Shown: positions 5,967-6,671 of the stretch, piece after piece
Layout: each line of letters begins with the position of its first letter
Position numbering within the stretch: the stretch's first letter is position 1
Virus record (IMG/VR): IMGVR_UViG_2737471821_000005
Direction: 5' to 3' (one strand)
DNA from: a virus
Taxonomy: Duplodnaviria; Heunggongvirae; Uroviricota; Caudoviricetes
DNA length: 6,671 nt
Notes under the pieces: model-generated
What the model was told of the DNA's origin: nothing
The model's input: the letters and a program-made list of their open reading frames with translations, nothing else
The model's database searches: none
Program-made: the position numbers and the translations under genes

Positions 5967-6671
5967 TTACATTTCAAAAACTCTGCTTACCAGGCGCATT
6001 TCGCCCAGGGGATCACCATAATAAAATGCTGAGGCCTGGCCTTTGCGTAGTGCACGCATCACCTCAATACCTTTGATGGTGGCGTAAGCCGTCTTCATGG
6101 ATTTAAATCCCAGCGTGGCGCCGATTATCCGTTTCAGTTTGCCATGATCGCATTCAATCACGTTGTTCCGGTACTTAATCTGTCGGTGTTCAACGTCAGA
6201 CGGGCACCGGCCTTCGCGTTTGAGCAGAGCAAGCGCGCGACCATAGGCGGGCGCTTTATCCGTGTTGATGAATCGCGGGATCTGCCACTTCTTCACGTTG
6301 TTGAGGATTTTACCCAGAAACCGGTATGCAGCTTTGCTGTTACGACGGGAGGAGAGATAAAAATCGACAGTGCGGCCCCGGCTGTCGACGGCCCGGTACA
6401 GATACGCCCAGCGGCCATTGACCTTCACGTAGGTTTCATCCATGTGCCACGGGCAAAGATCGGAAGGGTTACGCCAGTACCAGCGCAGCCGTTTTTCCAT
6501 TTCAGGCGCATAACGCTGAACCCAGCGGTAAATCGTGGAGTGATCGACATTCACTCCGCGTTCAGCCAGCATCTCCTGCAGCTCACGGTAACTGATGCCG
6601 TATTTGCAGTACCAGCGTACGGCCCACAGAATGATGTCACGCTGAAAATGCCGGCCTTTGAATGGGTTCAT
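5967..6671 (-). CDS. tnp26: IS26 transposase Tnp26 (DDE transposase, IS6 family)
   Basis: 234-aa translation ([39 protein letters not shown]...LVSRVFEM) matches Tnp26 as I recall it. Its ATG is the last three bases of the window (6671-6669). Confidence 0.95.
   Translation of the reverse strand: MNPFKGRHFQRDIILWAVRWYCKYGISYRELQEMLAERGVNVDHSTIYRWVQRYAPEMEKRLRWYWRNPSDLCPWHMDETYVKVNGRWAYLYRAVDSRGRTVDFYLSSRRNSKAAYRFLGKILNNVKKWQIPRFINTDKAPAYGRALALLKREGRCPSDVEHRQIKYRNNVIECDHGKLKRIIGATLGFKSMKTAYATIKGIEVMRALRKGQASAFYYGDPLGEMRLVSRVFEM

Larger units (their letters stand above)
5915..6671. mobile_element. IS26 (IS6 family) insertion sequence, partial; continues beyond the window's right edge
   Basis: The 14-bp terminal inverted repeat GGCACTGTTGCAAA at 5915-5928 followed by sequence I recognise as IS26, with its complete transposase on the minus strand. 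The element is 820 bp, so about 63 bp lie outside the window. Confidence 0.9.

Noticed and set aside
5573-6076. 167-aa plus-strand ORF read as a single gene
   Set aside because: It is chimeric: its first 17 codons are an out-of-frame overlap with the upstream gene, the true start is the ATG at 5624, and everything after 5914 is translated IS26 sequence. It is annotated instead as an IS26-interrupted gene fragment.
1-6671. CRISPR arrays, tRNA or rRNA genes, and P4-type satellite identity
   Set aside because: I saw no regularly spaced direct repeats or tRNA-like structures on visual inspection. The integrase is of the short P2/186 type with a 186-style cI-apl-cII switch, not a P4-like satellite layout.

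Overview
This window is the lysogeny/early region of a 186-like (P2-family) prophage, cut off at its right edge by an IS26 insertion. Reading left to right: a complete P2/186-type tyrosine integrase (minus strand, its stop codon at base 1, so the attachment site should lie just left of the window); a small secreted cysteine-rich peptide gene sitting directly downstream of cI on the minus strand; a 186-type CI repressor; a ~125-bp switch region with a clear rightward sigma70-like promoter bracketed by a GATC-containing inverted repeat; then a rightward early operon of Apl/Cox-like regulator, CII, three small uncharacterised proteins, a TraR/DksA zinc-finger protein, a Dam-family adenine methyltransferase, and a 276-aa protein whose motif order resembles the tRNA-guanine transglycosylase (TGT) fold without the zinc subdomain, which I read as a candidate DpdA-like DNA 7-deazaguanine transglycosylase. 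The next gene, probably the replication initiator by position, is cut after codon 97 by IS26, whose terminal repeat and complete 234-aa transposase I recognise from memory. The most interesting signal is the overlapping dam plus TGT-like pair, a possible two-enzyme DNA-modification module. All family assignments come from reading the translations and recalling motifs; no database search was run.
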